Source: Minisyncoccota bacterium | GTDB taxonomy: Bacteria > Patescibacteriota > Minisyncoccia > Phycocordibacterales > JBAYGS01 | DNA length: 64,000 nt | Assembly: GCA_041666545.1 (NCBI GenBank) | Contig: JBAYGS010000004.1 | Coordinates: 8,610 to 72,609, forward strand | Direction of reading: 5' to 3' | Shown here: piece after piece, positions 9,535-18,519 of the stretch | How the letters are laid out: every line of letters begins with the position of its first letter | Position numbering within the stretch: position 1 is the stretch's first letter | Notes under the pieces: model-generated | Told to the model about the DNA's origin: nothing | The model's database searches: none | Seen by the model: only the letters and a program-made list of their open reading frames with translations | Position numbers and translations under genes: made by a program

Positions 9535-9680
9535 TTTCAGCGCCGGCAACTCCTCCGAGGAGTTGCCGGCGCTAATTGTTTGCCAGAATGACTTTTTTCT
9601 GCTAAATTCTCTAGGTATTTAGGGAGTCCGAATCGATCAGGTGGCTGTTCACCAAAAATTAATGATATAGTTAACAGAGT

Positions 9681-9756
9681 GCGCGTATAGCCCCGACGCC
9701 TGCCTTGGTAAGGTCGGGATCCCGACTTCGCCGGGCGAACGTCGGGGCTCAGGTGG
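9681..9756 (+). repeat. 5' fragment of tRNA-Ile interrupted by a CCCGAC/GTCGGG palindromic element
   Basis: GCGCGTATAGC[CCCGAC...GTCGGGATCCCGAC...GTCGGG]GCTCAGGTGG matches tRNA nt 1-19. Confidence 0.75.
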
Positions 9757-9794
9757 GCGTACATTCAAAAACAAACCAATCATGTTGACAATGT

Positions 9795-9868
9795 GCGCGT
9801 ATAGCTCAGGTGGTTAGAGCGCGTCACTGATAATGACGAGGTCCCACGTTCAACTCGTGGTACGCGCA
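9795..9868 (+). tRNA. tRNA-Ile(GAT), CCA not encoded
   Basis: Acceptor stem GCGCGTA/TACGCGC, D arm TAGCTCAGGTGGTTAGAGC, anticodon arm CGTCA-CTGATAA-TGACG, T arm CCACG-TTCAACT-CGTGG. Confidence 0.95.
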
Positions 9869-9936
9869 CATTGTCCGGATGAGGGATTTTGCTTCTTGAA
9901 TGTAGAGCGGTAAAATCATCTCCCAGATGGTTTTAC

Positions 9937-9977
9937 CTGATAATGACGAGGTCCCACGTTCAACTCGTGGTACGCGC
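9937..9977 (+). repeat. 41-bp exact duplicate of the tRNA-Ile 3' half
   Basis: Identical to 9827-9867. Confidence 0.9.
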
Positions 9978-10008
9978 CCAGTTTTAATTTTTAAAATTTA
10001 TTTCATAA

Positions 10009-11436
10009 ATGCACACTTTACCCCCAAAGAAGACGAAGATTGTTTGTACTGTTGGTCCGGCGACTGAATCACAGGAGTCTCTGGAGAAGCTTTTAAAAGC
10101 CGGCATGAATGTCATGCGACTAAACTTTTCTCACGGCGATTTCGAGGAACATGGTCGTAGAATCCATAACCTACGAGCCGCAATGATTGAGACCGGTATC
10201 CCAGCCGCCGTCCTCCAAGACCTGGGCGGGCCGAAAATTCGCATCGGTACCTTTACGACCGAAGTCGTCACTCTTAAAGAAGGGCAGACCTTTACTTTGA
10301 CTACCCGAGAGATTGTCGGCGACGAAAATATTGTTCATGTCAATTATCCGCTTTTACCGAAAGAGGTTGAAAAGGGTCACCACATTTTTCTTTTCGATGG
10401 CCGATTAAAACTGGAGGTGTTGAAAATCAAGGATGCCGATATTACCTGCAAAGTCTTGGTTGGCGGAGAGATCAAGGGCAAGCGGGGAGTCAATTTGCCT
10501 CACAGCAACATCTCCATCAGCTCGCTCACACCGAAAGACAAAAAAGATTTGGCATTCGGTTTTGAGCACAATGTTGATTATGTTGCCCTATCTTTTGTCC
10601 GCAAACCGTCCGACATTACCGAGCTCCGAAAAATTTTGGATAAGAAAAAATCTCAAGCCGGCATTATTGCCAAAATCGAGACTCCGCAAGCGGTGGCCAA
10701 TATCGATGAAATCATCAAACTTTCGGATGGCATCATGGTGGCGCGAGGTGACTTGGCAATTGAAATCCCGGCCGAGCATGTGCCGATGGTTCAAAAAGCG
10801 ATCATCAAAAAATGCAATGAGGCCGGCAAGCCGGTGATTACTGCCACGCAAATGCTCGAATCAATGATCAAGACTTCAATCCCGACTCGCGCCGAAGTTT
10901 CCGATATTGCGAATGCGATTATCGACGGCACTGATGCGATTATGCTTTCTGAAGAGACCACCTTGGGCAAATACCCAGTTGAAGCGGTTTCCGTGATGAG
11001 TCGAGTGGCGCATCGGGTGGAGACCGATTTCTTGCATAAACAACTTTTGGGTACTGGTGATGCAGTCGAACCGCGCACTGTCGGTGAAGCCATCAACGCT
11101 TCGGCGGTCCGAACTGCGGAAAGAGTCAAGGCTAGATTGATTGTCTCCTTGACGCACTCCGGTTACAGCGCCCGAATGATTTCTCGTCACAAGCCGACTC
11201 ATCCAATTTTGGTAATGACTCCGCATCAGAAAACTTTTAACAAAGCTCTACTTTATTTTGCCGCCTACCCGGTTTTAATCAAGCAATTCAAAACTTTGAG
11301 TGAAGTCTTGGTGGTGATTAGAAAATTCTGTCTGGAAAACAATTTGGCGCAAAAAGGGGACAAAGTGGTGGTAGCTTGCGGTATGCCTTTTGGCAAAGTG
11401 ATTGAGACGAATATGATGTTGGTGGAGACAATCTAA
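10009..11436 (+). CDS. pyk: Pyruvate kinase
   Basis: KTKIVCTVGP, RLNFSHG, DLGGPKIR, IAKIE, DGIMVARGDL, ATQMLESM and DAIMLSEET motifs. Confidence 0.98.
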   Translation: MHTLPPKKTKIVCTVGPATESQESLEKLLKAGMNVMRLNFSHGDFEEHGRRIHNLRAAMIETGIPAAVLQDLGGPKIRIGTFTTEVVTLKEGQTFTLTTREIVGDENIVHVNYPLLPKEVEKGHHIFLFDGRLKLEVLKIKDADITCKVLVGGEIKGKRGVNLPHSNISISSLTPKDKKDLAFGFEHNVDYVALSFVRKPSDITELRKILDKKKSQAGIIAKIETPQAVANIDEIIKLSDGIMVARGDLAIEIPAEHVPMVQKAIIKKCNEAGKPVITATQMLESMIKTSIPTRAEVSDIANAIIDGTDAIMLSEETTLGKYPVEAVSVMSRVAHRVETDFLHKQLLGTGDAVEPRTVGEAINASAVRTAERVKARLIVSLTHSGYSARMISRHKPTHPILVMTPHQKTFNKALLYFAAYPVLIKQFKTLSEVLVVIRKFCLENNLAQKGDKVVVACGMPFGKVIETNMMLVETI

Positions 11437-11475
11437 CACGACACGAATACACGAATTAGCGCGAATGATACGAAT
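11437..11475 (+). repeat. Degenerate ~9-nt tandem repeat (CGAAT units)
   Basis: ACACGAATACACGAATTAGCGCGAATGATACGAAT right after the pyk stop codon. Confidence 0.6.
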
Positions 11476-11684
11476 GGGAAGGCCAAATCCGCCGAAGAGG
11501 GCGGATTTTGCCTATAAGGTGAGGCCCCTTGGCGGGCTTGCTTTTTTTCTCAAGATATGCTATAATTCATAACAGAACGGTACCTTGTAATTGCAAGGAA
11601 ATCCTGCAGAAGACACGCCCTAAACCGCTTGTTGCGGTCGGGTAAAACCACGGGGTTATAGCCCCACAGAAAGAAAGGAAGACA

Positions 11685-13121
11685 GTGAAAACTGAAACAG
11701 TTGCGAAGACTCCGATCCCCGTTGACGAGATTCTCACTCACGCTCGCGCCCACTGGGACGAGTTGGTGGCGTGGAAACTGTTGATATGGTACGGGGAGAA
11801 GTTTTTCCCCGGAATCAGTAAGGCGAAGCTTTTCTTCGCCGGAGCCACGACTGAAGGGACGGACGCGATGTTCGACCAGCGGAAGATTCTTCGGATTGCG
11901 TGTGGCGGGCGTTTCGATGAGCACCGCAACGGTGGCAGTGGCCGGATTCCGGGCAAGTGCTCGACCATCCTGGTCGCGGATTACATTGAGTTGGCGGATG
12001 CCCCGTATCTCCGACGCCTCTTTAAAGAGACCCTGGAGTGCGACGAGCGGAATGTCTCAGCGACTCGGTTCCCGCAGATTATGAAAGCCGCCTATCGGGC
12101 TTTTCCGAATGACCCGGCCTTCATCTTCAGGAAATCGCAGTGTGTCGTCGCGGCCATCATCAAGGCGGAGATGTGCCAGTTCGCCCCCAAAGCGAACGAG
12201 CCGACCCTGACCTCACTCTTTGAGGAGGTGCTCAAGGAACGGGCGGAGCACTTCACCGACGAGAAGGCGATTGAGCACATCAAGCGCCTCTACGCCGAGA
12301 GCGACCGCGCGGGTGAAGAGTTCGTCACCGAGCTCTCCTTCATCGTGAAGGCGATGTTCCGGCGGGATGACCCGATCAAGGACATCTCGGACTGGGTGTG
12401 GTTTGTGAGTGGTATTCTCTACGCCGACCAAGTGGCCTTTCGCACAGCGAGGGACTTCTGCAAAGCCAACGCGGTTGAACACCGTGTGGTAATGCAAAAC
12501 GGTCGGCACCTCCGCCTCGGTGTGGTCCAGACCGACCTCGAGTCGGCCTTGCAGGTGATGTTGTACTTCAAGTACGACATCGTGATTATCAAGAACGGCA
12601 AGGGTCAGGTGCAAGTCTGCACCGCGAAGTCGGCTCGGGAACGCCATGGGGTGAATCTCGGCAACTTTGTCCGCATGTGGCGGTGGCTCGAGTTGCCGGT
12701 TCAGGATAAGGAGACCTACACCTGGCAGCAGTTGGGTGTCGCCGGGAATCACGAAGGGGTAGATACGGTCTACTACCATCGCGGTTCGCAGGAGGCGTCG
12801 GTCGAGAACGCCTACAATGGAACGACCACTCACCCGAATGTCCCGCCGACGCGAGTCGCGCTCGACATGTTGGTGAACTGTATCCAACACGCCTTCACTG
12901 TGGACGGTGTGGCGCAGTGGATGCGGGGTCGGGCGGTCCGGATGGAGAAGCGGGTGAAGGTGGTGGTGCCGAAGGCGACGACCCCGAAGCCTCAGCCGGC
13001 AGTGGAAGCGGTAGCTCCCCAGGCGCCGGTAGTGGCATCGAGTGAGCCGAAAGGTCCGGTGACGGATGTGGAGGCTGCCTTCGCGAAGGCTGCGGTGGTC
13101 GACGAAGGTGAAGGGAAGTAG
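11685..13121 (+). CDS. Hypothetical protein with a MYG1/DHH-like metal-dependent hydrolase N-terminus
   Basis: ILTHARAHWDE and GGRFDEH resemble the MYG1 THxxxFHxDE and FDHH motifs; visibly GC-rich; Pro/Ala-rich tail. Confidence 0.6.
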   Translation: MKTETVAKTPIPVDEILTHARAHWDELVAWKLLIWYGEKFFPGISKAKLFFAGATTEGTDAMFDQRKILRIACGGRFDEHRNGGSGRIPGKCSTILVADYIELADAPYLRRLFKETLECDERNVSATRFPQIMKAAYRAFPNDPAFIFRKSQCVVAAIIKAEMCQFAPKANEPTLTSLFEEVLKERAEHFTDEKAIEHIKRLYAESDRAGEEFVTELSFIVKAMFRRDDPIKDISDWVWFVSGILYADQVAFRTARDFCKANAVEHRVVMQNGRHLRLGVVQTDLESALQVMLYFKYDIVIIKNGKGQVQVCTAKSARERHGVNLGNFVRMWRWLELPVQDKETYTWQQLGVAGNHEGVDTVYYHRGSQEASVENAYNGTTTHPNVPPTRVALDMLVNCIQHAFTVDGVAQWMRGRAVRMEKRVKVVVPKATTPKPQPAVEAVAPQAPVVASSEPKGPVTDVEAAFAKAAVVDEGEGK

Positions 13122-13145
13122 GCAGGGACTTGCAAGCAGGACAGT

Positions 13146-13181
13146 GGCCCGGGAACGCGCAGCGCGTTTCCGGGCCTTTTT
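13146..13181 (+). terminator. Intrinsic terminator
   Basis: GGCCCGGGAACGCG..CGCGTTTCCGGGCC followed by a T run. Confidence 0.8.
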
Positions 13182-13437
13182 ATTACAAATATTTACAAAT
13201 AGCGGCCTTGTGCTCCAATGTACACAGGACTCCCCTGTGTAAACGGTGGAGGTGGCTAAAATAAGCCATTTTTTGGGAAATATCAATGATTTGTCAAAAA
13301 TGCTTGACAAACGACTTCAAATTTGCTATAATATGCACAGAAAACCTGAAAGAAAGATCTCGACTGGGTCTCGGCACTTCGCCGGATAAGGGGCACCTGT
13401 CCCACCAAAGTTGAGATGCAGAAACGAAAGAAGCGAT

Positions 13438-14448
13438 ATGAAAACAAACAAAATGCTGGAAGCTGGCAACCAAACCATCAAGGCGCGTCGCGGCGTGGTG
13501 AAGTTTGTGTCCCGCACCAAGGGATACGGTTTCGTCACCGGCGTCGAAGGCGTGGGTGGCCAGGATGTCTGGTTCCCGATTGACGACATCGGCAACATCA
13601 TCGCTGGCGATAACCATCCCAGGATCCTGCGCGACAACCGTGTGCAGCTCTTCCCGGGAACCGTGGTCATGATTCTCGCGCCGTTCGACGGCAGGGGGAG
13701 TCTGGCGACCGATGGGGTCGGACGGCTCATGGATTACGTCGACGCCGAGCGCGAAATCGCGAAGCGGCCGTACTTCCGGGTCATGCATCTGGACACGCGT
13801 TTCAACGGTCAGAAGATGACCGCGGGCGCGCGCGAGGTGCAGTACGCTGAAGGCACACTGGCCCAGCTGGAACGGGAGTTTCCGATCGGCACGCCGAACG
13901 ATCCGTTGGCGAAGGGCTATAAGACGGCGGTGGTGACGGTTCCGGCGGTTCGCTGGGATCGGCGCCAGGCCGACGGGAGCTGGAAGGTGCAAAGCACCGA
14001 TCCTCGGCGTTGGGCGCAAGCTCCGGAGCCGAAGGTTCCGGCGGTCATGCTCCAGCCGATTGCGAAGCCGACCGGGACTCCAGCGCCTCTGATGGTTCGG
14101 GTGCTCAAGGTCGGTGCCGGTGGCGGCACGCAGGTCTGGGCCGGTCCCATCGTCGAGTTGAGCAAGTCCACGGAGTTCACCGGGGCTGGCTACACCGTCG
14201 AGAAGGTCGACGGCACGGTCAATGGCGAAGTCGCCTGGACCGAGATCGCTGACCCGCGCGCGAAGGTCGCTCCGAGCGTGCCGACTCCGGCCCGCCAAAA
14301 GGCCGCCAAGCCGGCTCAACCCGTCAAGGGTTCCGGCCAGACCGCCCCCACTGGCGTGTCGGTCGCCCCGGCCAAGAAGGCGAAGTCGGTGCAGACGGTC
14401 AAGGGCCTCGACGCCCTGTCCATCGCCCCGGCTCCGGCTGGCAAGTAG
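13438..14448 (+). CDS. Cold-shock-domain-containing protein with a long C-terminal extension
   Basis: RGVVKFVSRTKGYGFVTG...GQDVWF resembles the CSD RNP1/RNP2 motifs; promoter TTGACA-N17-TATAAT at 13304-13332. Confidence 0.65.
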   Translation: MKTNKMLEAGNQTIKARRGVVKFVSRTKGYGFVTGVEGVGGQDVWFPIDDIGNIIAGDNHPRILRDNRVQLFPGTVVMILAPFDGRGSLATDGVGRLMDYVDAEREIAKRPYFRVMHLDTRFNGQKMTAGAREVQYAEGTLAQLEREFPIGTPNDPLAKGYKTAVVTVPAVRWDRRQADGSWKVQSTDPRRWAQAPEPKVPAVMLQPIAKPTGTPAPLMVRVLKVGAGGGTQVWAGPIVELSKSTEFTGAGYTVEKVDGTVNGEVAWTEIADPRAKVAPSVPTPARQKAAKPAQPVKGSGQTAPTGVSVAPAKKAKSVQTVKGLDALSIAPAPAGK

Positions 14449-14471
14449 CTTGAGTCCTCACGGACTCGCAA

Positions 14472-14506
14472 CCCCCGCAACACGCAAGTGTCTGCGGGGG
14501 CTTTTT
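14472..14506 (+). terminator. Intrinsic terminator
   Basis: CCCCCGCA...TGCGGGGG followed by CTTTTT. Confidence 0.8.
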
Positions 14507-14539
14507 GTTAAGAACCCTTACGAATAGGGCACACGAATA
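14507..14539 (+). repeat. 33-bp dispersed repeat, copy 1 (forward)
   Basis: GTTAAGAACCCTTACGAATAGGGCACACGAATA. Confidence 0.9.
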
Positions 14540-14603
14540 AGCAGAATGCTTTACAAATTTTCTATGCCGTGATACAGTTCTAAAGGAAAGGTGGTGATAA
14601 AAA

Positions 14604-15191
14604 GTGCGTTGTTATACAGCCTATTTCCCAAGGCCCGAGGAGCTCCCTGATAATCTCAAGGATGCTGACTTCAAATTGGGTGACCTAAAGCTGGTTGACG
14701 GTATTAAGGTTGAGGGTGAGAATGACGCGATCATTCTGGGGCAGGTCCCTGGTGATCGAGTTGGCTTGCCTTTGAGCAAGTCTCGTCCACCCGAGGTGAG
14801 TGATGGCCACATCTTTTCCGGTGATCTAATTGATGAAGATGGCGAGCAGGTGCTTGCGCTTTCAGCAACAACCCCGCCGAGACATGTGACCGAAAAAGCT
14901 GTGCCGATTTTACTTTGCGTTCGGTTGTTTTGTTCGGGTGATTCCAAGATCGACGGTTTCTTTCGAGTCTTGGCAGAACCAGCTTCAACTGTTCTTGCGG
15001 TTGGGGGGGTTGCTAAGGTTGGCAGTCATCAAGGGGCTTTTTACCAGGATGTTTTGGTTCTTTTGGAACAGGGTGGCGTTATTCAGGTTAGGCCGGCGGC
15101 GGTCCATCCACCCAAAGATTTCGTTATCCGCTACACGGGCACCGGAATCAATTATTTGACGATGCAGGACTATTTGTCTCTGCCTCCGTGA
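14604..15191 (+). CDS. Hypothetical protein (probable paralog of the next gene)
   Basis: GTG start with AAGGTGG upstream; terminator at 15200-15228; shares motifs with 15406-16032. Confidence 0.65.
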   Translation: MRCYTAYFPRPEELPDNLKDADFKLGDLKLVDGIKVEGENDAIILGQVPGDRVGLPLSKSRPPEVSDGHIFSGDLIDEDGEQVLALSATTPPRHVTEKAVPILLCVRLFCSGDSKIDGFFRVLAEPASTVLAVGGVAKVGSHQGAFYQDVLVLLEQGGVIQVRPAAVHPPKDFVIRYTGTGINYLTMQDYLSLPP

Positions 15192-15313
15192 AATCTTCCG
15201 CCCCTCGCGTCGCGCGAGGGGCTTTTCTTATTTGTGTAAAGTTTTCCGACTCCTTCTTTTGGTTATTGTTTCTTGGTTATTGATTATTGTTCGAGGGTTC
15301 TTAACTATCTTCA

Positions 15314-15346
15314 TATTCGTGTGCCCTATTTGTAAGGGTTCTCAAC
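15314..15346 (-). repeat. 33-bp dispersed repeat, copy 2 (reverse); an expanded variant lies at 15229-15305
   Basis: TATTCGTGTGCCCTATTTGTAAGGGTTCTCAAC. Confidence 0.9.
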
Positions 15347-15405
15347 TGTTTTCTTTTCCCAGTTATCCTGCTATTCTTGAGCAGAAAGTTCTTCCCAAGG
15401 TTTTT

Positions 15406-16032
15406 ATGAAAGCTTTTGAATTCCGATTCGGTCCGAATGGTAAGGCTGTCTGGACTATTGGTATCGGTCGCGAGGTTTTCAAATTTCGCGACAAGACTTG
15501 TCACGGCTTGTCGCTGGGACAGGAAGGTTGTCGGCATCTTGGCCGCAACGGCAACGAAAAAATCCTGTTCGATCGATCTCAACCGCCGATTGTTGATGCC
15601 AGTTGCGCTCGGGTCCTGGAGTGCTCGATTACGGCAGTTTCTACCAGGAAAAAGGACCGTCGGCCGGCTTACCGTTCGCACCACTTTATCTTATCAGCTC
15701 CTCGTGATAACGACTCCAGAATTCTGGTCAGGGTTGTCTCGAGGTCGTTGCTCAACAGGTATCGTTCGAGCGCTGATGGTAAAGTGAGCTTTCTTAAAGA
15801 CCCTACTCGACAGCCGATCGCGCTCGGTTTTGGTCATAATGTCTTCAATGATCTAAACAGTGGTGTCTGGACCGACGAGCTCTTGATTATGAATCTCGGC
15901 GACGCCGTGAATGTTCATCCGGCCGGAATCCAGACCGTATTCTTCGATCAAGTTTTATATTATGATGACCCTGCCAGTCTTCCTATGTGTGTGGCTGGCT
16001 ATGGCTATAAGCGCGATCGGCATTTGGACTGA
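15406..16032 (+). CDS. Hypothetical protein
   Basis: Likely start MKAFEF, because the longer ORF-track N-terminus runs through repeats; terminator at 16045-16072. Confidence 0.6.
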   Translation: MKAFEFRFGPNGKAVWTIGIGREVFKFRDKTCHGLSLGQEGCRHLGRNGNEKILFDRSQPPIVDASCARVLECSITAVSTRKKDRRPAYRSHHFILSAPRDNDSRILVRVVSRSLLNRYRSSADGKVSFLKDPTRQPIALGFGHNVFNDLNSGVWTDELLIMNLGDAVNVHPAGIQTVFFDQVLYYDDPASLPMCVAGYGYKRDRHLD

Positions 16033-16074
16033 TTTTTCACTTCCGCCGCCCCAACCTTTCTGGGGCGGTTTTCA

Positions 16075-16107
16075 TATTCGTGTGCCCTATTTGTAGGGGT
16101 TCTCAGC
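16075..16107 (-). repeat. 33-bp dispersed repeat, copy 3 (reverse)
   Basis: TATTCGTGTGCCCTATTTGTAGGGGTTCTCAGC. Confidence 0.88.
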
Positions 16108-16143
16108 CGTTTTTTAATGCTATGGTCGTGCTATGATGGCGTC

Positions 16144-17487
16144 ATGAAAATTCCAGATGGCTATTTCAAGGGTAAAAAAATAACGGTAATGGGACTGGGT
16201 CTTTTGGGTCGGGGGGTGGGGGATATCAAATTTCTGGCCGAAGCCGGGGCTGATTTGATTGTGACTGATTTGAAATCTGAGGATGTTCTTAGTCCATCTT
16301 TGAAACAACTTCAAAATCTTAGAACTTCAAAACCAATAAACTTTGTCCTGGGCGAGCACCGTCTAGAAGATTTTAGAAATCGAGATTTTATTCTGAAAGC
16401 GGCCGGTGTTCCGTTGGATTCAGTTTATATTACTGAAGCAAAAAAATGCTGGATTCCAATAAAGATGAGTGCCTCCTGGTTTGCGGAATTGGCCGAAGGA
16501 GTAAAAATTGTCGGAGTGACCGGCACGCGCGGGAAATCAACCACCACAGTTTTAATTTACGAAATTCTCAAAAAGGCCGGCCGGCAAGTTTTTCTGGGTG
16601 GTAATATTCGAGGGGTTTCGACTCTGGCATTTCTTAACGAGGCTAAGCCTGGAGATATTGCAGTTTTGGAATTGGATTCCTGGCAACTCCAAGGTTTTGG
16701 CGAGGCCGAATTTTCACCTCAAGTGGCAGTATTTACGACTTTTCTCGATGACCATCTGAATTATTATAAAGGCGATAGAGATATGTATTTTGAAGACAAA
16801 GCCAATATTTTTAAATACCAGAAAAAAGGCGACGTTTTGGTGGTTAGCGAGATGGTCACGGAAGATGCAAGATTCAGGATTCATGATTCAAGAATGAAAA
16901 TAGCAAAGAAGGAAGAGGTGCCAAAAGATTGGAAGATACAAATTCCCGGCGAGCACAATCTTTCAAATATCGCCTGCGCTTTTGAGGCGGTGAAGGTGCT
17001 CGGGGTGCCCTTGGCAACAATCAAGGAGGCGGTCGAGGAGTTTAAAGGAGTCGAGGGACGCCTGCAAGATCTCGGAATTTTCGACGGGGTGAGGATTTAT
17101 AATGACAATAATGCCACTACACCCGACGCGACAGTCGCCGCCCTAAAAGCTTTGAATAAAAATATAATTTTAATTTGTGGCGGGTCGGACAAGGGTTTAG
17201 ATATGACGGCCTTAGTTACGGAAATTCCTAAACATTGTAAAGCGATCGTTTTGCTTTCCGGCTCTGGTTCTCTTTCACTACTCACTACTCACTACTCACT
17301 ACCAACTAAAGTGGAAATGAAAGAGGTCGCAAATTTAGGCCAAGCACTGGACGCATCACTCAGGTTGGCCGCTAAAGGAGACATTATTATTTTCAGTCCT
17401 GCTTTTGCCTCATTCGGTTTGTTCAAAAATGAGTATGACCGCAATGATCAGTTTTTGGAATTGGTTGAGAAATTAAAAAACCGATAA
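16144..17487 (+). CDS. murD: UDP-N-acetylmuramoyl-L-alanine--D-glutamate ligase
   Basis: MGLG, GVTGTRGKSTTT, GGNI, LELDSWQL, DHL, YNDNNAT, GGSDK and SPAFASFGLF motifs. Confidence 0.95.
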   Translation: MKIPDGYFKGKKITVMGLGLLGRGVGDIKFLAEAGADLIVTDLKSEDVLSPSLKQLQNLRTSKPINFVLGEHRLEDFRNRDFILKAAGVPLDSVYITEAKKCWIPIKMSASWFAELAEGVKIVGVTGTRGKSTTTVLIYEILKKAGRQVFLGGNIRGVSTLAFLNEAKPGDIAVLELDSWQLQGFGEAEFSPQVAVFTTFLDDHLNYYKGDRDMYFEDKANIFKYQKKGDVLVVSEMVTEDARFRIHDSRMKIAKKEEVPKDWKIQIPGEHNLSNIACAFEAVKVLGVPLATIKEAVEEFKGVEGRLQDLGIFDGVRIYNDNNATTPDATVAALKALNKNIILICGGSDKGLDMTALVTEIPKHCKAIVLLSGSGSLSLLTTHYSLPTKVEMKEVANLGQALDASLRLAAKGDIIIFSPAFASFGLFKNEYDRNDQFLELVEKLKNR

Positions 17488-17519
17488 CCTTGCGGTCATC
17501 GGTGAAGTTTAATCAGAAA

Positions 17520-18416
17520 CTAGAATCGGTTTACCACGACCAGATTCCGTTTTTTGCTGTCGGGTCCGTTGCCAGCCCGCCTGCAAGACCAGAGAGCAAA
17601 GTCACCGCTTGAATCCTTGTCGCCAAAGGTGTCGAGACCGTCATGAAACGGGACAGTCGGTTCGACTTTACCGAAGGACCTGAACTGTCTTGCAATCAGT
17701 AGCTCCAAGTCGAGACAGCCCAGGTCGGGGCTTCCTAAAAATACCTCATGACCAAAATGTTTGGTCAGGTAGCGAATCATTGACCGGTTACGTTCGCCGT
17801 ATGTCACCTCGTGGACACTGTGGCAGAAATTACGGCCGGCAATTCCGCAGGTGATGAAGAAGCGTAAGTTTTTCGGACGCTCACCTTGGAAACTCTTGAG
17901 AGCATTTCGGACCACTGATTGGTACAAATGAGTCCCAAAACCTTGGCCGATGGCCACACGGTCGATAACTGATTCTCGGCCAGCGTGAAAGACAACGGTT
18001 TTGTCGGTTTCAGTGCTCCAGAGGATTACCGTCGGGCAATCGGCCGAGGAGATCATGAAACTGTGCCAAGCCGGCAACTCAATTCCGTCAGCTTCGCCGT
18101 TTACCATGGGTGTTTTTTCGACTGGGCCGCTGACTTCCGTCCCGCGCAGAATATTTGAGGAATCGACATGAAAACAGGTGTCGAATTCGTTGAGGCGGGC
18201 GATTCGCCGGTTGAACTTTGAGGCGTTGGGCGCATAGAAAGTTCGGACGGCAAAACTTGAACAGACTCGGGCAATCATCGGACGGAAATTGCTTGCAATC
18301 GGCTTTCTCAATTGTTCCAGATTCCAATCAATTATCTGATCTTGGATTTTTCGGCCGAAGACAGAGACAACCAAGCGATCATGCAGGGCTTTCGACCATA
18401 AAGGGGCGGGTTTCAT
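17520..18416 (-). CDS. YfiH/PgeF-like laccase-domain protein
   Basis: EADG, SADCPTVIL, HAGRE and C-terminal S-x-RR motifs; sits between murD and murC. Confidence 0.72.
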   Translation of the reverse strand: MKPAPLWSKALHDRLVVSVFGRKIQDQIIDWNLEQLRKPIASNFRPMIARVCSSFAVRTFYAPNASKFNRRIARLNEFDTCFHVDSSNILRGTEVSGPVEKTPMVNGEADGIELPAWHSFMISSADCPTVILWSTETDKTVVFHAGRESVIDRVAIGQGFGTHLYQSVVRNALKSFQGERPKNLRFFITCGIAGRNFCHSVHEVTYGERNRSMIRYLTKHFGHEVFLGSPDLGCLDLELLIARQFRSFGKVEPTVPFHDGLDTFGDKDSSGDFALWSCRRAGNGPDSKKRNLVVVNRF

Positions 18417-18519
18417 TTGTCCTTTCTTTTGATGAGCTATTCTTGGGTGATTCTACCCGCTTGGCCAAAAGTGTCAATTGATTGCTTTTGTTTTGGTATT
18501 TTTTTGCTAAGATGACCCT

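Noticed and set aside
12213-14319. Long minus-strand ORFs (365 aa and 341 aa)
   Set aside because: Antisense shadows of GC-rich plus-strand genes that have promoters, terminators and recognisable motifs.
15232-15405. Hydrophobic N-terminal extension of the ORF-track call (similarly 21765-21935)
   Set aside because: It is a translation of T-rich repeat, terminator or promoter sequence; internal ATGs are better starts.
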